Positions 9,577 through 19,682 of a stretch of DNA of 64,000 bases are shown here, in pieces. The stretch lies in the NCBI GenBank assembly GCA_964291215.2, contig OZ219790.1:1600001-1664000 (forward strand). The letters are read 5' to 3'. The translations under genes were made by a program, and so were the position numbers. This stretch comes from Alphaproteobacteria bacterium (GTDB lineage Bacteria; Pseudomonadota; Alphaproteobacteria; MPNO01; UBA830). How positions within the stretch are numbered: position 1 is the first letter of the stretch; each line of letters starts with the position of its first letter. Under the pieces are notes generated by a model. That model saw only the letters and a list, made by a program, of their open reading frames with translations. It ran no database searches and was not told the origin of the DNA.

Positions 9577-11639
9577 ATGCCGTTCGCCGCGGCAACAACC
9601 GGAGACGCGATCGCCGCGTTCGAGCGCGACGGCGTAGCGCTGGTCCGGCGAGCCTTCACCGACCGGTGGCTCGGCATGCTCGACGAGGCCGTGGACGCAG
9701 CGCTCGCAACGCCGAGCCCGCTGTCGCGCGAATACGCACCCACAGGCCGCGGCCACTTCTTTGCCGACCATCACATGAGTCAGAACAGCGAGGACTTCCA
9801 GCAGTTCATCGAGGAGTCGCCGGCAGCCGCGATTCCGCCGGGGTACTGTAACTTGATGTCTGGAAATTTGTCTGAGGTTTGCGCTTTGAGGCGTTTCACT
9901 GGGGGGCTAGCCCCCCCAGTGAAACGCGGCGCCATCGTGCTATCCCATGGAGTTGTAAAACCTTCATGGAGGAAGCGAATGGACCTGCGACACACTACGA
10001 CGATTGAGGCCGTTTTGGAACATCTGATCGCAAACGGAGCAACGGATCTGGGGCGGGTCTTTGGCCAGCTCTTCGAGCTTGCGATGCATATCGAGCGCGA
10101 GCAGTACTTGAAAGCGGGCCACCGGACACCGGAGCGACAGGGCTATGCCAACGGCTACAAACGGATCGACACCCCCACTGTTGCCGTTCAGGTGCCAAAG
10201 ACGGCCGGTCACGGGGACGACCCCCCAGTCGCTTGAACGCGGCCAGCGATCTTCTCGCGCCGTAGCCGAGATGTACATCAAGGGTGTTTCCACACGGCAG
10301 GATGTAATGCGCGAGTTCGGGAGCCTGTCCTCTTCTCAGGTCAGCCGGGCCACCAGGTTGCTCGATGAAGAACTCGCCGCGCAACCGGCCCCTGATGAAA
10401 TACCTGGATGCGCGCTACGAAAAAGCCCGCCATGACGGCGTTGTGCGCGATGTCGCAGTGCTCTCGGCCATCGGAATAGGGGCTGCAGGCACGTTCTGGG
10501 GCTCTCTGTGGCGCTCTCCGAGGCCGAGGTCCATTGGAGAGCCTTCCTGGAAAGCTTGCTAGCCCTGCATGGTACGACCTTCATCGTCTCGGATGCCGGG
10601 CTGAAAGCGGCACGACGCGCGGTGCTGGGCGCGGCGACATGGCAGCGCTGCCAGTTCCACCTGGCGCAAAACGCCGTGCACCGAACAACGACATCAGGAA
10701 ACGTATTGGAAAACAGCTCAGAGCCACGCCTCCTCACTCCAAACCGCCGAGGCTGAACTGGGCGCCCTCGTGGCCAGCGACAAGCATCCAGGCTTCCTGG
10801 CTGGAAAACAATGCGGGGCTCGCTGTCTTCACCTTGCCCGATGCTCACCACAAGCGTATGCGAACCTCGAACGGCATCGAGCGACCGATCCAGCAAGAGC
10901 TCAAGCGGCGCATCTCCAAAGTCAGGGTCTTTCCGAACCTCGCCTCGTTGGAGCGCCTCTCAACCGCGGTCCTCATCGACGAAAAATGGGAAACCGAAAC
11001 CAAGATCAAATGGGAACAGCTCGATCAGCTTCACGACAATTTCCAGACATCAGGTTGCGTAATCATCGCCGCCACGCTGCTCCGGGCAAACCGGCTCTGG
11101 TTGGTCGACGAGCACCTGCTGGTGAAGGAGCCGGGAACCGATGTCCCGACGCACTGGCATCACGACCTCCCCTACTACGACATTTCCCGGGACGGCTTCG
11201 CGTCCCTCTGGATCCCGCTCGACATGGTCACCGCAACATCGGGTGCGATGAAATTCGTGAAGGGATCGCACCGGTGGAACAAGTTGTTCAGGCCGATAGG
11301 GATCGGCACCGGACTTGAGGCCGAGGGCGCCGACAGGTTCGACGGCCCGGCGCCGGAAATCGACGCCAGTCCCGGCGACTACGATGTCGAGATCTTCAAA
11401 ATGGACCGCGGCGACGCGCTGTTCTTCCAGACGGCGACGCTGCACGCCGCCAAGCCCAACCGGACCGCCGCCGCGCACTATCGCTGCGCTATGCCAGCGA
11501 GGCTGCGCGCTGGCAGCCTCGCACCTACGTTCCATCGCGGCCCGACAAGCCCGACCTTGTCCCCGGCTCCGTTCTCGGCGATAACCTCTATCCGGTGGTT
11601 TGGCCGCGCAGGAACGCGGCGCAGCCTGACGAGGTCTGA
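9577..11639 (+). pseudogene. Phytanoyl-CoA dioxygenase (PhyH)-family gene split by IS256, plus one small deletion near 11468
   Basis: N-half AFERDGVALVR...SPAAA ends about 9830; C-half IAATLL...KEPG...WHHD...GSHRW...TLHAA resumes at 11065; RRRALSLRY tail lies in a shifted frame. Confidence 0.85.
9841..11064 (+). mobile_element. Degenerate IS256-family element, copy 1
   Basis: Fragments AEMYIKGVSTR, LDARYEK, WQRCQFH, RTSNGIER, ELKRR..VRVFPN; imperfect TIRs sharing TGATGTCTGGAAATT; palindrome 9891-9927. Confidence 0.9.
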
Positions 11640-11641
11640 CG

Positions 11642-12073
11642 ATGCAGGTTCACACGATACTCCGGGAAAAGGGTACCGACATCCACACCATCGGCCCCGG
11701 CGCCACCATCGCGGAGGCCGCGGTCCGCCTCAGGGATCTCGGGATCGGCGCCCTGATCGTGTCCGAGGACGGAGCCGCGATCACCGGCATCATCTCCGAG
11801 CGGGACATCGTCTATGGCCTCGCCGAGCACGGGGGCGGATTCCTCGACCTCGCGGTCAGGAACGCGATGACGGCCGATGTCGTCACCTGCTCCCCCGAAG
11901 ACACCGGGCGCGTCGTGCTCGGACGCATGACCGAGCACCGCATGCGCCATGTCCCCGTCGTCGAGGCCGGTCGGCTCGTCGGTCTGGTGAGCATCGGAGA
12001 CGTCGTGAAGAGCCGCCTCCAGGAAATCATGTCGGAGGCCAACGCCCTCAGGGACTATATCGCGGGCGCGTGA
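11642..12073 (+). CDS. CBS-domain protein
   Basis: IGALIV, GIISERDIV, MRHVPVV and GLVSIGDVVK tandem CBS motifs. Confidence 0.9.
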   Translation: MQVHTILREKGTDIHTIGPGATIAEAAVRLRDLGIGALIVSEDGAAITGIISERDIVYGLAEHGGGFLDLAVRNAMTADVVTCSPEDTGRVVLGRMTEHRMRHVPVVEAGRLVGLVSIGDVVKSRLQEIMSEANALRDYIAGA

Positions 12074-12077
12074 CGGA

Positions 12078-12266
12078 TCAGTCGCCGCCGCCGTCAGCCT
12101 CGAGATAGGCGTCGTCCTTGGTCCACCGGGTAGCCATCCCGCAGGCGTTGCACTCCGTCGTCGCGGCCTGAACGTCGACCCAGTCGAAGGTGAACCACTG
12201 TTCGAAGTTCAGGCCCGTATAGACCGGACGCTCGCACCCGGAGCAATTGATCAGGACACGCGGCAT
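12078..12266 (-). CDS. Small hypothetical zinc-ribbon-like protein (62 aa)
   Basis: MPRVLINCSGC...ECNACG with two CxxC motifs; GGAAGG upstream. Confidence 0.6.
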   Translation of the reverse strand: MPRVLINCSGCERPVYTGLNFEQWFTFDWVDVQAATTECNACGMATRWTKDDAYLEADGGGD

Positions 12267-12481
12267 GGGCTCGCCTTCCATCTCCCCGCAAACCGGACCC
12301 CGCGCCAGCCTCCGCATGGAGGCGGAGTACACGGTTCCACGCTGCCGCAGAGCATATGGGCTGCGGACGCGGAACTCAAGGCGGGTCCGGAATTGGTGGA
12401 GAGATCGGCAGCAATGGTCTAAAACACGCCGTCGCCGCCCCTCGCCGGGCGGCACGCGCTAGACGGAGCGGAGCGACGGGA

Positions 12482-13645
12482 ATGAAGGCAGGCAACAGCG
12501 TCCTTTCCGGTTTCGGGACGACGATATTCGAGGTCATGTCGCGGCTCGCGCAGGAGCACGATGCGGTCAATCTCGGCCAGGGATTTCCCGACGGCAACGG
12601 CCCCGAGGATGTTGTCGAGGCGGGCGCCGACTACCTCCGCAACGGCGTCAACCAGTATCCCTCGATGTTCGGCATCCCCGATCTGCGCCGCGCCGTAGCC
12701 GAGCATGCCCAGCGCTTTTACGGCATCGAGATCGACTGGCAGACGGAGGCCATGGTGACCTCGGGCGGCACCGAGGCGCTCGGATCAGCACTTCTCGGTC
12801 TGATCGAGCCGGGCGACGAGGTGATTCTCATCGAACCACTCTATGACAGCTACCTGCCGATCGTCGAACGCGGCGGCGGCATCGCTAAGTTCGTGCGCCT
12901 CGAACCACCGGGCTGGGAACTGCCGCGCGAACAGCTCGCGGCGGCGTTCTCCGACCGTACCAAGCTGATCCTGGTCAACACCCCGATGAATCCGTGTGCC
13001 AAGGTCTTCAGCCGCGACGAGCTCGAGTTCATCGCAAGCCTGTGCATCAGACATGACTGTTTCGCCGTGTGCGACGAGGTTTACGAACATCTCGTCTTTG
13101 ACAATGCCCCGCATGTCCCGCTGATCACCCTTCCGGGCATGCGCGAACGCACGGTGCGCATCCAGTCGGCCGGCAAGATCTTCTCGCTCACGGGCTGGAA
13201 AATCGGTATGATCACCGCGGCGCCGGCGGTGCTGACCCCGATCGCCAAGGCCCACCAGTACCTGACCTTCACGACGCCGCCGAACCTCCAGGCCGCCGTT
13301 GCCTACGGGCTTGGCAAGGACAACGCGTATTTCGAGGGACTGCGCCGCGACATGCAGTCGCGCCGCGACCATCTTGCGTCGGGGCTCGCCGCAGTCGGGT
13401 TCGAGATCATTCCGTGCCAGGGGACGTATTTCATCACCACGGATTTTCGGCCGCTGGGCTACAACGGCTCAGACGCCGAATTCTGCAAACACCTCACCAC
13501 GGAGGCCGGCGTCGCCGCCGTGCCGGTCAGCGCGTTCTACACCGCCGACGACGTCAGACACTTCGCGCGCTTTTCGTTCTGCAAGAAGGCCGAGACCATC
13601 GACGAGGCAATCCGTCGCCTCAAGCACCATTTCGGCCGCGCGTAG
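12482..13645 (+). CDS. PLP-dependent aminotransferase class I/II (YbdL-like)
   Basis: VNLGQGFPD, NTPMNP, DEVYEHL and SAGKIFSLTGWKIG motifs. Confidence 0.92.
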   Translation: MKAGNSVLSGFGTTIFEVMSRLAQEHDAVNLGQGFPDGNGPEDVVEAGADYLRNGVNQYPSMFGIPDLRRAVAEHAQRFYGIEIDWQTEAMVTSGGTEALGSALLGLIEPGDEVILIEPLYDSYLPIVERGGGIAKFVRLEPPGWELPREQLAAAFSDRTKLILVNTPMNPCAKVFSRDELEFIASLCIRHDCFAVCDEVYEHLVFDNAPHVPLITLPGMRERTVRIQSAGKIFSLTGWKIGMITAAPAVLTPIAKAHQYLTFTTPPNLQAAVAYGLGKDNAYFEGLRRDMQSRRDHLASGLAAVGFEIIPCQGTYFITTDFRPLGYNGSDAEFCKHLTTEAGVAAVPVSAFYTADDVRHFARFSFCKKAETIDEAIRRLKHHFGRA

Positions 13646-13681
13646 ACCGGCGCCCTCTGCGGCGGCGATGCCGGCATCGCC

Positions 13682-13710
13682 TTGACCCCGGGGCGGGAAT
13701 TCCCTACATA
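13682..13710 (+). promoter_or_regulatory. Putative sigma70 promoter of tRNA-His
   Basis: TTGACC-17 nt-TACATA, about 20 nt upstream of the tRNA. Confidence 0.45.
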
Positions 13711-13729
13711 ACCGCGTTCTGACATTCGC

Positions 13730-13807
13730 GGTGGCTATAGCTCAGTTGGTTAGAGCGCCTGGTTGTGGTCCAGGAGGTCGTGGGTTCGAATCCCATTAGC
13801 CACCCCA
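13730..13807 (+). tRNA. tRNA-His(GTG) with encoded G-1, C73 and CCA
   Basis: Acceptor stem GTGGCTA/TAGCCAC, anticodon loop TTGTGGT, GGTTCGAATCC T-loop. Confidence 0.95.
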
Positions 13808-13870
13808 GCCCCCCTGCTCTCCGCGGGTTCCCTCGCGACCCAGCCCGGCGTCATCCGACCTCGCCTCACC

Positions 13871-14545
13871 TCAATCCCAGCGCCAAGAGCAGGCATCGAC
13901 CTGCCCGAACGCGCCCTGTTGCCATTGGTCAGCGGTGCGCTCTTCGAGGATTTCGGGCCGATCGACGAACTGTCGTACGCTGGTCGGACCGAAATCATCC
14001 AGACGGCGAAATTTCTCCGCAATTTGGAGATAGCCGGTCCTCGCCGTATTGAACGCGAGGAGTGGTTCCGCTGCCGCGACGAGGGCATCGACGCCGCCCG
14101 GGAAGTTGCGGATGCTGAAGTAGATGTCGTAGGCGTCCTTCTGCTTGCGGCGGTTGGCGATGGCATAGCCCGTCATGGCTAGCAGCGCGGGAATGGACGC
14201 GACGGCGATGTGCACGCGGTTTGCGCCGCCGTCGGGCATGTCGCGATCGATGGCAACGAGCTGGTAGAACCGCAAGGTGAAATCCACGCCATCGGCGCGC
14301 TGAACCGCGAAGTCCGCCACGAGCGGAGGCGCGTTCTTCGCGATCTTGGCGTCGCGCGGCATCAGGAAGTCGACGATGATGTCGATGTCGGCTCCGCCAT
14401 CGCAGGCGGGCACGGTACGCACGATTTGGAAGCGGGGCCGATTCTCGGACTGGTGGTAGCGCTGCCTCGAGGGGGACTCGACAAGCCGGGCGTATTCGCC
14501 GTCACCCAAGGCTTCGGCATCGAGACTGAGATCCACGCCCAAGGT
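13871..14545 (-). pseudogene. Nucleotidyltransferase (AbiEii/AbiGii-toxin-like), 5'-truncated by an IS remnant
   Basis: VDLSLD, IIVDFLMP, ASIPALLAM and KQKDAYDIY motifs; N-terminus replaced by a transposon end. Confidence 0.6.
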
Positions 14546-14549
14546 TCCA

Positions 14550-14985
14550 ACATCAGATGTCCTGACCTCGGGTCCGATTTTTCCAATCAGAGTGATGCTT
14601 CCGGGCCGGGTTTGCGTGCGTTGTCTGGCAGTTCGTAGATCATGCGGAGGCCGGTTCCGGGGAAGACCGTGCGCATCCGGTTGAGTTCGTCGAGCAGTCC
14701 GGCGATGTCAGCGTCGCGCGCGTTGCTGGCGGTGCCGAGGATGCGCACCCGCAGGACGCCGTTCTCCGGGTCGGGGATGATGTCGACGTCCGACTGGAAC
14801 AGTTCGGCGAGAGGGCGTCGCGAACGCTGCTTTGCGCCCTGCGCCGCGGCGACGGCGGACATCATCCGGGTCTCGGCGCGGTAGGCGATCATGCGAACGA
14901 TGTCGAGCAGCAGCCTCTCGCTAGAGGGCAGGGCGTCGAGCCTCTCGTCGAGCTCGGCCACCGTGACATGCTTCGGGGTTTCTGA
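14550..14985 (-). mobile_element. Transposase C-terminal remnant with element end
   Basis: DIVRMIAYRAET...LLDELNRMRTVFPGTGLRMIYEL resembles the C-terminus of putative DDE transposases. Confidence 0.55.
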
Positions 14986-14999
14986 ACGCCGGACCTTGA

Positions 15000-15046
15000 C
15001 CCAAGTTGGCACTTTTTGCGACCTGGAATTTTTATCACGTACCCCG
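15000..15046 (+). mobile_element. IS1634-type left-end remnant
   Basis: CCCAAGTTGGCACTTTTTGCG is identical to the end at 59640 that precedes an IS1634 transposase. Confidence 0.6.
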
Positions 15047-17798
15047 TTCCATAGTGAAGTGCAACACATGATGGGCTGTGACCATGTGTTTTAAGACGCA
15101 TGATGTTGCGGAGCGGTAGCGGCGAGAGTTCCTGTACAAGATGAAGGGAGCTTGTTCATGTCCAAAGGCTACCGTCACCTACGAAGAGCGATGCCAGATT
15201 GAGGCGTTACAGAAAAGCGGTCTTTCACAAGGTGCGCTTGCTCGGCAGCTGGGCCGATCAACAATTTTTCGGGAGATCAAGCGTAACACCGGGGGACGGG
15301 GTTACCGTCACAAGCAGGCGCAAAGGATGGCAGAAACGCAGGGCAGCCTCGTCTGTTTCCTGGCGGTTGACGCCTCGAGTTGAAGCTCAGAAAAAGCTGC
15401 GGGAGGGCCCCGAGCAGCGGCCGTTTTCGACTGGAAGGCCGTGAACGGATCCATGATCGCCGAAGATCGGAGAGCCGGGGGTGTCTTGTGGAAGAAGCTT
15501 CGGCGGCGCGGCAAGAAGCCGAACTGGAAGGGCGGATACCATTCCGGCCGGGTCCTGTGGACATTTCCGAGCGCCCTGCGGAGGCAAAGGAACGGGTCGG
15601 CGACTGGGAGCCATCATCGGCGAAGCTCACAGTGGAGCTGTCGTGTCGCTCGTACCACGAAATACACCTTGCTGGGTGGACAGAAAGACACGGTCGGTTC
15701 GGTCATGATCCGCCTGCTCGGCTCTGGTGCGCTATTGGTCCACACAATCACGTCAGACAACGGAGTTCGCAGACCACAGGCGTGTCGCACTTGACGCAGA
15801 TTTCTTCTTCGCTTGTAACTGCTCACCCCCCTGGTTCCGGCTTGATGTCGGGGTAGAGCAACGAACGGGTTTTCGTGGAGATTTGACACTGCAGGCCGAT
15901 TCGCTTAGTGGTGGTCATCGAGAACGACGGGGACCGCCAGTGGGCTACTTTGGATCGAAGGCGACGAGCGGGCTGTGCCAGCTGCTTCCGGGGCTCCAGC
16001 CCCCGCATGATCTGTATGTGGAAACGCATCTCGGAAGCGGCGCGTTGATGAAGCGCAAGGCCGGGTGATGGCGACGGGCGGCGCGCGAGGAGTTCGAAGC
16101 GGCCAAGACCGCGGCGCTGCGTGCGGCCGGCAAGGTGCCGAAAGATGTCGATGCCGTGATCCGCGTCTTCGTCATCCTGCTCGATATCCTCATCGTCGTC
16201 CTTCTGGAGAAGACCACGCACGAGCCGGAACTCCGGTCTGCTGCCGTCACAGACGGACAAGAGCGTGCCGGGAGCAACGGCAAGGGCCCGAAGCCGAACC
16301 GGCGGATGGGCGACAACCTGCGCAAGACCATCGTCGAGGAGACGGTCGCGGCCTGCGACGCCTGCGGCGCTGGCATCGACGGCCCCATCGATCGGGAGCG
16401 CCGCACGACATCGTGTTCGAGGTCGTCGAGCGCCGCGCCGAGATCAAGGAATGCCCGAAGTGCAAGGGCCGGTTCCCCGAAAACATCCCGTGCAGTACGG
16501 CATCGGCATCCAGGCCCTCGTTATCAACCTGCTGGTCGCCCAGATGCTGTCCCTGCGCCGTGCCGTCGCGCTCATGCAGGCGATCTCCGGCATCAAGCTC
16601 TCCGAGGCAACCTGCCTCGGCTATGCTTTCACGATGTGTCATGGAAGGAGGCCGCCGTGGCGCACTTCCTGCAACGCCCGATGTCGACGATTTCGGATCA
16701 ACGGCAAGTGGCTCCATGTCGTCACCGACGGAACCCTGACGTGTAAGTTCCCGCACCGCAAGCGCGGCCGGGAGGCAAGAGATCGGCCCGTGCTACAAGG
16801 GCGTTCTGACTGCTGGGCCTCGTACATGGGCTATGACCAGTGTAGCCACCAGCTGTGCGGTAGCCACCTGCTGCGCGAACTGACCTTTGTCGTCGAGGCT
16901 ACCGCGCGACTGATGAAGAGCCTGCTCCGCGAGATCTGCCACAAGGTCAACAAGAGCGCATCCAAAACCCTGAACGAGGCCGACCTCCGGGCCGTGCGCA
17001 AGCGCTACCGTACCATCAGGGTGCCAGGGAACTGCCCGACATCCCGCCGAAAGGAAAACGTGGACGCAAGTCCGACGCGCACAACCTGCACGAACGTCTC
17101 GTGAAACACGAAAACCTGCGCTTCACAGACGACCCCGATGTCAGCTTCACCAACAATGCCGGAGAACAGAAGATCAGGATGGCAAAGCTCAAGGTGTCCG
17201 GATGCTTCCGCTCCACGCGAAAGCATGGTGCCGGGGCTCAAGCTACCTCACCTCCATGGCGGCACTCGGCTACAACCCACTCGTCGCCACCCAGATCGCC
17301 CTCGACGGAAAAGCCGCAGACATCATCAACGAGCACTACGACCAATCAGAACCCAATTAGGGGTGAGTAGATACCTTCGCTTTTCCATTCCCGGGAACGC
17401 GGCTTGAATGAGCACACCAACGGCCTGGTGCGGGAGTACTTCCCGAAGGGCACGGACTTTCGCGCGACATGCAACGAAGATGTTCAGAAGGTGCAGGATC
17501 GGCTCAACACTCGGAAAGTCATGGGATCGCCGACGGAGGTAATCTTGAAGTGAAACCGCCCTGACCATCTGCGTTCCGCAGCCGCAACGTGCAGCAGGGT
17601 CCATGCCGCGCGACGGCGAAATAGTGGCTTGAAGCCGACAAAGGCGTTGCATAAGCTCGATGTTGAAGGAACTGAAGCTGTTCCCAGGCGGAATCGAGAG
17701 GGGCAGAGGGGAAAAATTTGCACAACATCCGGCCCTCATCTCCGTTCGGGCTACGCCCTCACTGCGATGAGGGCCGGATGTTGCACTTCAGACTGGAA
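15047..17798 (+). mobile_element. Degenerate IS30-family element interrupted by IS66-B copy 1
   Basis: TIRs TTCCAtagTGAAGTGCAACA (15047) and TGTTGCACTTCAgacTGGAA (ends 17798); fragments YEERCQI, REIKRN, GDWE, TITSDNG, ERGLNEHTNGLVREYFPKGTDF. Confidence 0.85.
15815..17374 (+). mobile_element. IS66-family element type B, copy 1 (truncated MTase plus degenerate transposase)
   Basis: Ends GTAACTGCTCACCCC / GGGGTGAGTAGATAC; 8-bp TSD CTTCGCTT; HQLCGSHLLREL and FTNNAGEQKIRMAK motifs. Confidence 0.92.
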
Positions 17799-17871
17799 GT
17801 GGGGATTTAAAAATCTCCTCGCACCAACCCGCGCCCCCGCAACACCCAGATGCTGTCTTGAAAAACCAAAC

Positions 17872-19370
17872 GTATCTACTCACCCCTAGTTGGGTTCTGA
17901 TTGGCCATAGTGCTCGTTGATGATGTCTGCGGCTTTTCCGTCGAGGGCGATCTGGGTGGCGACGAGTGGGTTGTAGCCGAGTGCCGCCATGGAGGTGAGG
18001 TAGCTTGGCACCATGCTTTTGCGTGGAGCGGAAGCATCCGGACACCTTGAGCTTGACCTTTGCCATCCTGATCTTCTGTTCTCCAGCATTGTTGGTGAAG
18101 CTGACGTCGGGGTTGTCTATGAAGCGCAGGTTTTCGTGTTTCACGAGACGTTCGTGCAGGTTGTGCGCGTCGGACTTGCGTCCATGTTTTCCTTTCGTCG
18201 GGATATCGGGCAGTTCCCTGGCGCCCTGATGGTGCGGTAGCGCTTGCGCCCGGCGTCGTTCAGGGTCTTGGATGCGCTCTTGTTGACCTTGTGGCAGGGA
18301 GCAGGCTCTTCATAAGTCGCGCGGTAGCCTCGACGACAAAGGTCAGTTCGCGCAGCAGGTGGCTACCGCACAGCTGGTGGCTACACTGGCCCATGTACGA
18401 GGCCCAGGACGCCCTTGTAGCACGGGCCGATCTCTTGCCCGCGCTTGCGGTGCGGGAACTTGCACGTCAGGGTCCCACGACATGAAGCCACTTGCTGTTG
18501 ATCCGGTCTCGTCGACATCGGGCGTTGCAGGAGGTGCGCCACGGCGGCCTCCTCCCATGACGCATCGTGAAAGCATAGCCGAGGCCTCGGAGAGCTTGAT
18601 GCCGGAGATCGCCTGCACGAGCGCGACGGCGCAGGGACAGCATCTGGGCGACCAGCAGGTTGATGACGAGGGCCTGAATGCCGTACTGCACGGGATGTTG
18701 TCGGGGAACCGGCCCTTGGTCCGGGCCTTGCACTTCGGGCATTCCTTGATCTCGGCGCGGCGCTCGACAACCTCGAACACGATGTCATAGAGGACGCGGC
18801 GCTCCTGATCGACGGGGCCGTCGATGTCGGCGCCGCAGGCGTCGCAGGCCGCGACCGTTTCCTCGACGATGGTCTTGCGCAGGTTGTCGCCCATCTGCCG
18901 GTTCGGCTTCGGGCCCTTGCCGTTGCTTCCGGCACGCTCTTGTCCGTCTGTGACGGCGGCAGACCGGAGTTCCGGCTCGTGCGTGGTCTTCTCCAGAAGG
19001 ACGACGATGAGGATGTCGAGCAGGAGGACGCGGATCACGGCCTCTTCCGCCACCTTGCCGGCAGCGCCGCGGTCTTGGCCGCTTCGAACTCCTCGCGCGC
19101 CGCGTTGACCGTCGCCATCACCCGGCCTTGCGCTTCATCAGCGCGCCGCCTCCGAGATGCGTTTCCACATACAGATCATGCGGGGGCTGGAGCCCCGGAA
19201 GCAGCTGGCACAGCCCGCTCGTCGCCTTCGATCCAAAGTAGCCCACTGGCGGTCCCCGTCGTTCTCGATGACCACCACTAAGCGAATCGGCATGCAGTGT
19301 CAAATCTCCACGAAAACCCGTTCGTTGCTCTACCCCGACATCAAGCCGAAACCAGGGGGTGAGCAGTTAC
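17872..19370 (-). mobile_element. IS66-family element type B, copy 2
   Basis: Same ends as copy 1, inverted; 8-bp TSD AACCAAAC; sits in a fragment homologous to 29190-29260. Confidence 0.92.
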
Positions 19371-19423
19371 AACCAAACAAAATTTAGCGTGAGATCGTTC
19401 TGTCGTCCGCCAGCGACCGCATG

Positions 19424-19617
19424 CACGACGATCCCATGCTAATTCGGAGACGCGAAATCCGAATGCGTTGGGGCTCGGCTCATCACAGATCGCCTTCTTG
19501 ATCGCAATTTTCGTGCCAAAAAGGCCCCATCAAGCCTTGGCGGCACGATTGCAGCGCGACGCAAACTGAAAAAAATCTCGCCAGTCGTCGCCGGATTAGC
19601 AGCGTGGGATCACCGTG
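19424..19617. mobile_element. 194-bp MITE, copy 1
   Basis: TIRs CACGACGATCCCATGCTAAT / ATTAGCAGCGTGGGATCACCGTG; perfect 9-bp TSD GACCGCATG; second copy at 49345-49537. Confidence 0.85.
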
Positions 19618-19682
19618 GACCGCATGACACCGCGCTGCCGCAACGCTATGATTCAGGCGTAACGACAAACAGGGCCTGTTCC

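Noticed and set aside
9577-10236. 219-aa ORF that looks like a PhyH-transposase fusion
   Set aside because: Product of IS insertion into PhyH; ends at a deletion-induced stop.
10534-12108. 524-aa ORF in the track
   Set aside because: Chance read-through chimera of the IS256 C-terminus, the PhyH C-half and an off-frame pass over the CBS gene.
15158-17550. Programmed ribosomal frameshifting as the explanation for broken transposase frames
   Set aside because: Too many breaks, with residues physically missing and differing between copies; no consistent slippery sites.
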